This document shows, one piece after another, positions 14,001-23,908 of a DNA stretch of 64,000 bases. Location of the stretch: positions 11,780,001-11,844,000 of the forward strand of contig CATNEN010000038.1 of assembly GCA_950097015.1 (NCBI GenBank), read 5' to 3'. This stretch comes from Macrostomum hystrix (lineage: Eukaryota; Animalia; Platyhelminthes). The position numbers and the translations under genes were made by a program. Numbering within the stretch: the first letter of the stretch is position 1; each line of letters begins with the position of its first letter. Under the pieces are notes generated by a model. That model saw nothing but the letters and a program-made list of their open reading frames with translations, made no database searches and was not told the origin of the DNA.

Positions 14001-17000
14001 TGTTTCCACTGCTGCTGCTGCTGCTGCTTCCACTGCTTCCACAGCTGCTGCTGTCACTGCTGCTGCTACCACTGCTTCGACTGCTGCTGCTGCCGCAACT
14101 GCTGTGGGCGTGTGTGCTCAGGAGTCAGCGAAATAAGCAGACTTGCTGCCACTGCTGCTGCTGCTGCAAAAATGTAGATTTTCATCGCATGGTTGTAAAA
14201 AAATTGTCACCATGCAGATCATTCTTTTTCCAGTCATTACTATTTAATGGTTTTGTTATTTGATTTCTTATGAGGTCGATAAGTTGCACTGCCTAAATTA
14301 ATGCGATTTTCAACTTCTCTTGTAAATTTAAATCTGCGTGATTTGTTGATTTTTTGTTCAATTACTATAAAAAAAGCTCACAATTATTTTGGTGTGCATC
14401 TTTTCCGCCTATCGCGACTGCAACATTTTAGGCGCACAAGAACTTCTTTGCCGTAGTGATTCAAAACAATAAATCCTACTTCTTGGAGGATATTCCGAAA
14501 GTGAGTCACCCGAATGATCTTCTTAATGTATTCCATTGTTTTTAGGCTGAGAGAGCAGAGGAGAGATTAAATACAGGTCAGTTGGTACTGGGGAGAGATG
14601 AGATAGTGCAGATACGCTCGTAAGATAGGGGAGAAATTAGACAGGGAGAGATAAGATGGTGGAGAGGCTTTAGACCAGGGGTCGGCAAACTCCGGCCCGC
14701 GGGCCAGATGCGGCCCTCGAAGCTCCCAAATCCGGCCCGTTGCCCATTCCGACATCTACAGTATCCTGTCTCGTCTCTCCCCTGTAATATCTCTCCCCTG
14801 TCTCATCGCTCCCCTGTCCCCTGTGTCCTTTCTCTCCCGTGTCTTAACTCTCCCGCGTCTCATCTCTCCCGTGTCTCATCTCTCCCGTGTCTTATCTCTC
14901 CCGTGTCTCATCTCTCCCGTCTCATCTCTCAAGTGTCTCGTCTCTTCCCTGTCTCATCTCACCTGTGTCTCATCTCTCCCGTGTCTCATCTCTCCCCTGT
15001 CTGAACTCTCCTGCGTCTCATCTCTCCCGTCTCATCTCTCCAGTGTCTCGTCTCTTCCCTGTCTCATCTCACCTGTGTCTCATCTCTCCCGTGTCTCATC
15101 TCTCCCCTGTCTGAACTCTCCCGCGTCTCATCTCTCCCGTGTCTCATCTCTCCCGTGTCTCAACTCTACATTGTCTCATATTTTTACAGCCAATGCGGCC
15201 CGCTGTCGTCTTTTAGGTTCTCTATTTGGCCCGCTAGCTAATAAGTTTGCCGACCCCTGCTTTAGACTGTCCCATTTATGGATTCGTGTCCCTAAGTCGC
15301 TATTGTATCAAGCAGTGCCTGACATGAAAACGCACGCACCCAGGAGCAGCTGGCGGACATTGTGTCGGTACTCGGCGGCTCCGTGGACATTCTGTCGCTG
15401 CTCTGCGTCCCAGTGACTAGCCGAGGCGTCGGTCAAGTTGTTGCCATAGCCTGCATGGTGAACAAGACCTCAGCAGACAAGTGAGTCCGCTCACAAATAC
15501 GTCTCACGCTCGTATTTAACCAAGTCAAAGTAAGCTTAACCAGCCTTTTGTTCGAATTTCATTTCCAGCTTCACCCAGTCGGATGTGGACCTGATACACG
15601 AGTGCTTTCGCTACACATCCACTGTGCTAACCAGCACCATTGCATTTCAGACTGAACGGATGCTGAAGAACCAGACGCAGGCGAGTGTTTGGAAATCTAT
15701 GAAAATGCAAATTTAAGTCTACGATAAATTCGGCTCAATAAAACAAATAAACACCGGAAAAAACTGATAATGCAGCGAATCTTCAGTTCTTATCTAAATT
15801 TTATTTTAGCCTAACGGACTAAAAATTTGACAAGCGGAATCAAATTTTCCAATCCGCAGGCTCTGCTGCAAGTTGCTCAGAATATATTTCGCAAGCTGGA
15901 CGATCTCACAGTTCTGCTGCGCGAAATCATGGCCGAGGCGCGCAACCTCACTCAGGCGGAGAGGTTCGACTAGCAAAAACTAGAATTACACATCTTTCAG
16001 CATCTATTGTGAACCGAAAAGACGGTTCTTTAATTATACACATTTTTTTCATTTGGATGTATCGATAGAACGCCAGCATCCTCCGCTTAAATTATTGCCT
16101 TTGGGAGACATAATGACATCATTGTGAATGCCTGAAGAATCGGAAATGTCTACTGGCTTAGTTTTGCTAATGCAAATATTAACATATTTGAGCTAGTTAA
16201 AACGTTTCTTTTTAGTCTGAGAACATATTAGAGTGCATTTTTATTGCAAAAAAGCGTACAGTATTTACTTTTACAAGAAGTATTAAAGTCATCCAAAATT
16301 TATTTGCTAAGGACAGTCACGTGCTAACAGATAGGTCAATTTTTATTGGCTGAGGACAGACACGTGCTTGTTACAAAGTAGATTTTTATTGACTGGGGAC
16401 AGTGGCGTGCCTGTAAGAGGGTCCATTTTAATTGGCTGAGGAAAGTCACGTGCCTTTAATAGGGTCGATTTTAATTGGCTGCGGACAGTCACGACATTAT
16501 CAAGCTTACGAAATGGTTAAAAGTTTTCAATAATTGATTCTAGAAATAGAAAGACCAGTTTTCAGCCTAATATATTAAAAAACTATAATAATATTTCAGG
16601 TGCTCAGTCTTCTTACTAGACAAAGAAACTAACGAACTGGTTGCTAAGGTGTTCGATGGTCTTCCAACCACTTCCAACGAAAAGGAGGTAAATTAAAATT
16701 GTCCAGATTTTTTCAAGGCTCCAGGAGCTAGGTTTTTTCTCTTCGTGTTTCTTTTTAATATTCCGTTTGTTTAACTAACCTCTAAATGTGTTCGTGAGTT
16801 AATCAATAATACTGTACTCACTATTTACCCAAAAGTACATGTAATATCAAGCACGGGCCTTGCATGGCTGCTATTATGAAGTTTCAGTATTGAAATAAAT
16901 TACTCTCTCTTTACAAGTTATGCCCATTTTTCTTGTTTTGCTATAGCAATCTGCAAATCTGCAACAAAGACGGGTTAGTGAGCTCAAATAAAAAACAATT

Positions 17001-20000
17001 ATGAGCTCTTTTTAATATTATCTTCTTTACAGAAACTTTCATTACCCTTAGATTGGCATTTTTCTAATTAAATTAGAGCTATCTGATTCTACTACTACAA
17101 GTAGCTAGAATTGTATTGTTTCCCCTTTCAATGCTTTAAGTAAATATCTAGAGAATAAGAGTAAATCGGCAGTTTTTTCCCGTTTTTCAAAGCATTCGAA
17201 ATTTAATTTTCAAAGTTAATTTTTACTATCTGCAACACAAGCCGCATGTTACGTTCTTTAGGTTGCAGAAATACCTGCTTTGTCTAACCTGTGTTATTAA
17301 TCTTACCAGCGAAACTACCGTCTAGCATGCCACACTTTGCAAAATAGAAAAAAACTGAAAAAATTGAGAAAACTTGAGAACAAACAAGCATAGCTGAGGA
17401 GACATCAGTATCTAACAGAGAACACACCAGTATCTAACAGAGAACACACCAGTATCTAACAGAGAACACAACAGTATCTAACAGAGAACACACCAGTATC
17501 TAACAGAGAACACACCAGTATCTAACAGAGAACACACCAGTATCTAACAGAGAACACACCAGTATCTAACAGAGAACACACCAGTATCTAACAGAGAACA
17601 CACCAGTATCTAACAGAGAACACACCAGTATCTAACAGAGAACACACCAGTATCTAACAGAGAACACACCAGTATCTAACAGAGAACACACCAGTATCTA
17701 ACAGAGAACACACCAGTATCTAACAGAGAACACACCAGTATCTAACAGAGAACACACCAGTATCTAACAGAGAACACACCAGTATCTAACAGAGAACACA
17801 ACAGTATCCATCAGAGAACACACCAGTATCTAACAGAGAACACAACAGTATCTAACAGAGAACACACCAGTATCTAACAGAGAACACACCAGTATCTAAC
17901 AGAGAACACACCAGTATCTAACAGAGAACACACCAGTATCCATCAGAGAACATTTTCATAGTTTTTATTTCTTTGTTTAATTGCAAAGATAGTTTTTTCA
18001 AACTGTGACTGTAATTACGAGTTATATTCCATCATGTCACACTAGAATGCAAAAGAAAACAGCATTCTAGAATTAACGCCTAAAATTTCTTTTGTTCAGG
18101 TCTTGCAGAGAAAGATGATTTTGTCCGACGGCACAGAAATTGAGGTGGTTGATTATTGATTTCTATCAACCAGTTTTTATTGCTTTAAACGTTAAATTGC
18201 TAAGAATCAATTCGTAATGCGTAATCTCCAAACATAATCTTTGCTTGTGTACTTCTTATTAATTGACAAAACTTTAACATATAAAAAAGTTAATAGTCGA
18301 AAGAAATTTTAGAATCTGACTGGCTAATGAAAATAAGTTGTTTCTATTTTTAGAACATTTCTATGGGGAATCCCTTTTGCACAACGCTTATGCTAAGCAC
18401 GTGACAGAATTAAGCCAATCAAATTTTAAAGATCGATCTATAGGAATTTATACAATTTAATGTGACTTAGTCGTCGTTAATCATGTGTACAACAATGCAA
18501 ATTCTATTTAAAACCTAATGAAAAAACGAATTGGGTAGAATTTAATAGAAATAGGATTTATTATATTAATTGGATTTTTGTGTGACATTGTGTGTCCGTT
18601 GTAAATTCTGTCTTTGGTGTCCGTTTTTGACGCCTTAATAGATGTTGAACTCTTCTATGCGTGCTCCTTGTGATCTCCTGTGATTGAACTCCACTAAAAG
18701 TACTTTTGTTTCAGATTTTTTTTCAATTTAAATTTGATCGATATTTACAGCATTTGTCTTTAATTGCTGTTGACTACATTTCAAGTAGCCAGTATACATC
18801 GATTTATCGATCCATCGATTTATCGATCCATCGATTTATCGATCCATCGATTTATCGATCCATCGATTTATCGATCCATCGATTTATCGATCCATCGATT
18901 TATCGATCCATCGATTTATCGATCCATCGCTTTATCGGTCCATCGATTTATCGATCCATCGATTTATCGGTCCATCGATTTATCGATATATTTTTTCTTG
19001 AAATTGACGCGTTGTATTCCTATCGAGTATTAATTGTGTAGCCGAATTTATCGATTTGTTTTGTTATATGCTTCTAAACCAATAATCCGCCTTTAATTGA
19101 TTCGCTATAAATTATCTTGCTTTGAACCAGCTTTTTTATTTCATATGAAGCAACGCTTAGCGCAAAAGTAAACTTCCATGTAGTCGTGATCCTGTTGATC
19201 AATTCTTGATTATTTCTGCCATCTATCAATTATTGATATATTTTGTAATTTCAAATTAACCGAACTAAATTTCAAGTGCCGAAAAACAAAACTTTCAGCA
19301 ACCCGTGGAAATTCGGATTCCCGCCAATCACGGAATCGCCGGCTATGTGGCAACGAAAGGTGAGAAAAAACTGAAATTTTTTAAAGTACTTTACCTTGAA
19401 ATCAAGAAAGCACTAATTCACATTCAGGTGAACTGCTCAACATTAAGGATGCTTATTCTCATCCGCTGTTCTATAGCAAAGTTGACGAGGACACCGGCTT
19501 TAGAACCAGGTTGGTTTGATTGATTTCTACCTGAATAAGTCAAGAATGTTACCTTTTTAATCAATAATATTTCCCATTGGCCGGGCAGGAATATTCTGTG
19601 CTTCCCCATACAAGACGAAAGCGGCACCATTGTTGGCGTGGCTCAACTCTGCAACAAGATCAACGCTGCTCACTTTTCTAACTTCGACGAGGACATTGCC
19701 AGGGCCTTCTCAGTCTACTGCTGCATTAGCATCATCCATGTGAGGACAAAAAACTCATTTGAGCACACTCTAGCTTTCTCACTAGTTTCTCACGCGCTTG
19801 CCTCTCGCACCAAGGTTTCGGAGCTCGCATTCATTTAGGGCGCAGCCGGGGCTTATGGGGGCTTGTCGTGCAATTCGACAATGTCGACGATGAGAAATTG
19901 AGGGCAGATGTACACACCTGTGTGAGTGTGTGCCTGCGTACAGTATCCGTGTGCATGTGTGCTCAGGAGTCGGCGAAATGGGCAGAATTGCCTCCTCGCT

Positions 20001-22072
20001 GGCTGCGGATCCAGTGTCACCAAATGACGGTTAATTATTATGCTCATTCCGCTGACTCTTGAGCACACATTTACACAGGTTTTTATTGTTAGGCAGTGTA
20101 CATTCTCACTGTACAAGTTAATCCTCGCCACGGAGGGTCATTGTACACAACTCGCGTCACCAACTCATCCAACCTTTAGTCGCTGATGTACAAGAAGGTG
20201 CAGGCTGCTCAGGCTCGTCACCAGCTGGCCACGGAGCTCATGACCTACCACATGCATGTGCCCGAGCGCGGCATCGAGGAGTTAATCACGGCCCCGGCGA
20301 AGCCCATGGAGAAGTATTGCCCCAATTTCGACAGCTTCGTCTCCGTGCCGCGGCACGTAGTCGACGAGGACACCTGCCAGGCCGTCATGTTCATGTTCGA
20401 CGACCTCAAGCTGACGAAGAATTATCGAATCTCGCGGTCGACTCTGGCTAGGTTTGTCCTGCTAGCTCGCAAAGGCTACCGGGACCCGCCCTACCACAAT
20501 TGGTCTCACGCATTCTCAGTTGCTCACTTTACCTACCTGTGCTTGAAGAATCTGCGACTGGAGAACTACCTCACGCCGTTGGAGTACTTCTCATTTTTAG
20601 TGGCCTCACTGTGTCACGACATTGATCATCGGGGTACTAACAACTCGTTTGAGAACTCTAGCGGCTCAGCCCTGTCAGGCCTGTACAGCTCGGAAGGCTC
20701 TGTGCTGGAGAGGCATCATTTCTCTCAGACTGTCTGCATACTCAACAGGGAGGGCTGCAACGTGTTTGAGAACCTGTCAGAGAAGGTGAGAATTCTGTGC
20801 CTGATTAATTACTTTATACTCGTACTATCCATTATCAAGTGAAAATCTATGCATGATCTAGTTTTGATCTATCCATCATCTAGTCCTGATCTATCCATTA
20901 TCTAGTCCCGATCTATCCATCATCTAGTTATGATGTATCCATGATATAATTATGGTCTATCCATGATCTAGTCATGATCTATCCATCATCTAGTCCGGAT
21001 CTATTCATCATCTAGTTCTGATCTATCCATTATCTAGTTCAGATCTATCCATCATTTAGTCCTGATCTATCATTTAGTTCTGATCTATCCATCATCTAGT
21101 CCTGATCTATCTATCATCTAGTCCTGATCTATCCATTAGCGATTATCAAAAATTCACCAAACCTGCAATGCGGCCACCCAGGAGTACTCAGCTGTGCTGG
21201 ACATCATTCGCGACATTATCCTGGCCACGGACCTTGCTCATCATCTGAAAATTCGTAAAGAAATCGAGGCCATGGTCAACCAGAATGAGTTCGATGTGCA
21301 GAGGCCGCAGCACCGCTACCTGCTGCTCTGCCTGCTCATGACCGCCTCCGACCTCAGCGACCAGACCAAGGTGTGGAAAAACACCAGACAGGTAGCCAAG
21401 CTCATCTACCAGGAGTTCTTTAGCCTGGGCGACAAGGAAAAGTCCTTGGGCAAACAGCCGGCGGAGGGGATGGACCGGGACAAGGCCGACATTCCGCAGC
21501 TGCAGGTCAACTTTCTCAACATCATCGCGGCGCCGGTTTATAAGTGAGCTGACTGCACAATGTCCGGTAGTATTTCATTCTTAGTTTGAGTTTGATTTCC
21601 AGTGAAATTCGCTCGAACACTCAAACTTGCGAACTCTTGAACTCTCTAGAGTTCGTCGGACGGCTTTGAAAGTTCACGGCTTAGACTTTCACGAGAATCG
21701 GTCATTTAGTTTTGCAGCTATGGTGAACCAGGCAGTATTTGAGATACCATGCTAGTAATAGGTATTGTCTATTGTTGAGGGCCAACCCCCACAAATTACA
21801 CTGAGCCTGTTCAGGACATGATGAGAAAGTCAGATCACGTGTTCATCATCGGCATGTACGAAGTCGGTATATTTGTACATTGTGAATCGTCCCAACCACC
21901 TCACTGCAGAGCAATGGAGAAGCTATGGCCTGACGAATGCGGCGTTCTTTGTCGTCAAATCGAGCGCAACGTCAGCAATTGGAAGACAATCCGGCAGAAG
22001 CTGGAAAGCAAGGAGGTTGAGAAGACGGACAGAACCATCTTCGATGAGAAGCTAGTTTCAGACGATGAGTAA
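2002..22072 (+). CDS. PDE2A: cGMP-stimulated 3',5'-cyclic nucleotide phosphodiesterase (PDE2A-like; GAF-A, GAF-B, class I catalytic domain), multi-exon, 5' end not located
   Basis: Phase-consistent exons: 2002-2087, 7196-7296, 8218-8267, 8907-8966, 10465-10669, 10892-10944, 11026-11100, 11614-11655, 14432-14500, 15344-15480, 15569-15680 (GC donor), 15860-15963, 16600-16687, 19299-19359, 19428-19509, 19589-19739, 20180-20785, 21182-21543, 21910-22072. The translation follows vertebrate PDE2A ([20 protein letters not shown]; [15 protein letters not shown]; [20 protein letters not shown]; [16 protein letters not shown]; [12 protein letters not shown]; YHNWSHAF; [12 protein letters not shown]; [10 protein letters not shown]; SDLSDQTK). 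The first four exons rest mainly on splice signals and phase. Confidence 0.93.
2290..3695. repeat. 21-bp minisatellite (ACGAACAAAGATAAGAATTCT and variants)
   Basis: Direct tandem array; source of the LFVEFLS and RRTKIRI pseudo-ORFs. Confidence 0.97.
4385..4520 (+). mobile_element. SINE family B 5' fragment running into a minisatellite
   Basis: AAGTTCGATTCCACGGCGAGGCCACATT...GGCCAACCTCCAAGGCACAGTG...GTCAGGGCAGATGAACACACCTGTG. Confidence 0.75.
4522..5172. repeat. 24-26-bp minisatellite (CCCAGCAGCAGAGAACCAATGTCCC)
   Basis: Tandem array with a variable C tract; open in all six frames. Confidence 0.97.
5525..6487. repeat. 28-bp minisatellite (TCCTGGGACGATTCTATTCAAGTTAGTA)
   Basis: Direct tandem array. 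Confidence 0.97.
7330..8135. repeat. Compound 19-20-bp minisatellite (CACCTGTTAGATAGATTAGA / GGCAGTCACATGTTAGACA)
   Basis: Successive sub-arrays sharing a TGTTAGA core. Confidence 0.93.
9025..10393. repeat. 20-bp minisatellite (GGATACACCCGTGTCTAACA) with a 480-bp higher-order duplication
   Basis: Tandem array; the variant block at ~9720-9910 recurs at ~10200-10390. Confidence 0.97.
11255..11530 (-). mobile_element. SINE family A copy
   Basis: Same tRNA head, CORE segment and CAGTCCATGGACTG palindrome, reverse orientation. Confidence 0.85.
12140..12352 (-). mobile_element. SINE family B 3' half
   Basis: Reverse match to 60650-60860. Confidence 0.78.
12700..13035 (+). mobile_element. SINE family A copy preceded by a fragment of a second copy
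   Basis: Full head-CORE-3' region from ~12750; a fragment CCCCAGTCCATGGACTAAAC directly upstream. Confidence 0.83.
13590..14167. repeat. (CTG)n / CTGCTTCCA low-complexity tract
   Basis: Source of the poly-L and poly-A pseudo-ORFs. Confidence 0.93.
14676..15259 (+). mobile_element. hAT-type MITE, copy 1 (584 bp), with internal satellite
   Basis: TIR CAGGGGTCGGCAAAC / GTTTGCCGACCCCTG; 8-bp TSD CTTTAGAC at 14668-14675 and 15260-15267; internal (TCTCATCTCTCCCGTG)-like repeats. Confidence 0.92.
17406..17952. repeat. 22-bp minisatellite (CAGTATCTAACAGAGAACACAC)
   Basis: Homogeneous tandem array. Confidence 0.97.
18797..18988. repeat. 16-bp minisatellite (ATCGATTTATCGATCC)
   Basis: Tandem array built from ATCGAT palindromes. 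Confidence 0.95.
19838..20040 (+). mobile_element. SINE family B copy followed by an inverted fragment (20045-20105)
   Basis: GGGGCTTGTCGTGCAATT...GATGAGAAATTGAGGGCAGATGTACACACC...GTGCTCAGGAGTCGGCGAAATGGGCAG. Confidence 0.78.
20855..21137. repeat. Degenerate ~22-bp minisatellite (GATCTATCCATCATCTAGTCCT)
   Basis: Tandem degenerate units between two PDE catalytic exons. Confidence 0.88.
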
Positions 22073-23204
22073 AGGATCAAATCGTAAATACGAGCTAGAT
22101 TTGTCCCACTGTGTCTCTCTGAGCAGCTAGCTCAGTGATTCCTATCTTCAATTCTTATCTTCTAAATGCTTTTGTTGTTTTTAGTTTTTAATAATACGTT
22201 TCGGGCATGGCAACCAGATATTTAAACTGCCGGGGGTGCACAGCAACCAATGATTTCTGGGCACAATTCTGCCCCAAGAAGTCATCCGGCTTATTGTTTG
22301 TTAGTTTTTACTTTACTGTAGTCATACAGCAACATTTTTTGCTTTATTTTCGTGAGAAAGGTAGTTAAAAATGGTGAGTCATATTGACACACGCGCTCAC
22401 AGCTAAAGTTCTTTAATCACTTTGGCACCAATGCTAAATATTTCATATTTTTCAACCGATTCGAAAAAAGTGTAGAACTTTTTTTATCAAATTACAGCTA
22501 TTTGTCTCATTGTTCAGACCATGAATTGCAACCAGTTTTGTGCTTAGCTTAAACTGTCTTGAGCTGTACTCTGTTGCTTTCAAATTTGATTATTTGTGTA
22601 TCGTTTAAAAGCGCACATGGACCTTAGCACAATGAGCTGTCTGTCAAATTTGCAACACTTCAATGCCCGACTCATATCAATTCTCTATATGACTAGACCA
22701 CATGACATTGTGTTACTTTTCTGTAGTATTAGGCCAATCCTCAAGGAGTTATATGTTTCGGTCCTGACAAACAGAGAAGAATAACTTCATCATATCATCA
22801 TGAAATTGGCTAGAAATCGTTTATTTTATTTAAATGTTAAAGCTAAGCAAAAAGCTAATTTTTCTTTCTTCAGGTCACCAGGTCATCGCGTAGAAAAAAA
22901 TAGAACTATATTTTGATTTTTTGTTTCTCGGATCTGTTTGCTTCACACGCTGAATACTTGTAGGTCTTGTTACAGAGTTCTGTGTCATGCCGCGTAGTCC
23001 TATTTTTAACGAAAAAATGCATGATATTTCAAATAGACTCTCTTTTAGAGGCGAATGCTTTAAATTTGTGGAATGAGCTAAAAGCAAAACCAAAGGCCAC
23101 TGTGTTGGATTTTTTAGTCTTCCTTCAGACCACGCTGCAAATACCAGCATTTCCAATTAGCGATAGTTAAGTCAGGGAGTATGGGTGCCGAGTGTCGGGA
23201 TGTT

Positions 23205-23490
23205 GGCCCAGCCAATCGGCAATCAGCATCGGGTAGAAATAAGCCTGGCTGGCTTAGCCAATTAGCGATCAGCATATAGTAAAGATATGCTTAACAGGCT
23301 TAACAGGCCTAGCCAATCAGCGATCAGCGTAGGGTAGAGATCTGCCTTACTGGTCTAAGCCAATCAGCGATCAGCAAAAGTCTCAAGGGCACGAACAGTC
23401 AGAAAACGGCAGAAATAAGTATTTGCGACTTGCCGCGACCCATTTTCACGCCGGAAGCAACCTCTAGCCGCTGTGCTATAAAATAAGTAA
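23205..23490 (+). promoter_or_regulatory. Candidate lipase-gene promoter: four spaced CCAAT boxes, an ETS-like CCGGAAG and TATAAAA
   Basis: GCCAATC/T-AGCGATCAGC units at ~23211, 23257, 23312 and 23359; CCGGAAG at 23451; TATAAAA at ~23477; ATG ~430 nt downstream. Confidence 0.35.
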
Positions 23491-23908
23491 AAAAGCCAGT
23501 GAATCCTTCCTTAAATATGTTAATTTATAAAATCAACTTTTCATACAAGATTTAGAATGTTTCCCAATGTTTTCATTCAGGGGTATTATGCTAAACATAT
23601 ATAAATAGTCACAAGATCAAAGGTCTCGAGCACTTTCGCCGTCTGCCCATTAGCAGGGTAATAATTTGGTGTACCTGTGTGCACGGTTCGAGTTCAAGCT
23701 TTATCTTATCTTTTAGTGTTTTTTGTGCTGATATTATCAAATTCAAGATCAGATTTGCGCATAACCCATACAGTACGCTATATATGCGTTAGAAAAGTCA
23801 AACGCACGAAAGAACCTTGTCAAACAGATTCTGCAATAACTAACGATTCGCTTGCTTATTGCTTAGCTTAGCTTCGCTTCGCTTGCCAGGTAGCAAGCAG
23901 GGATCGAA

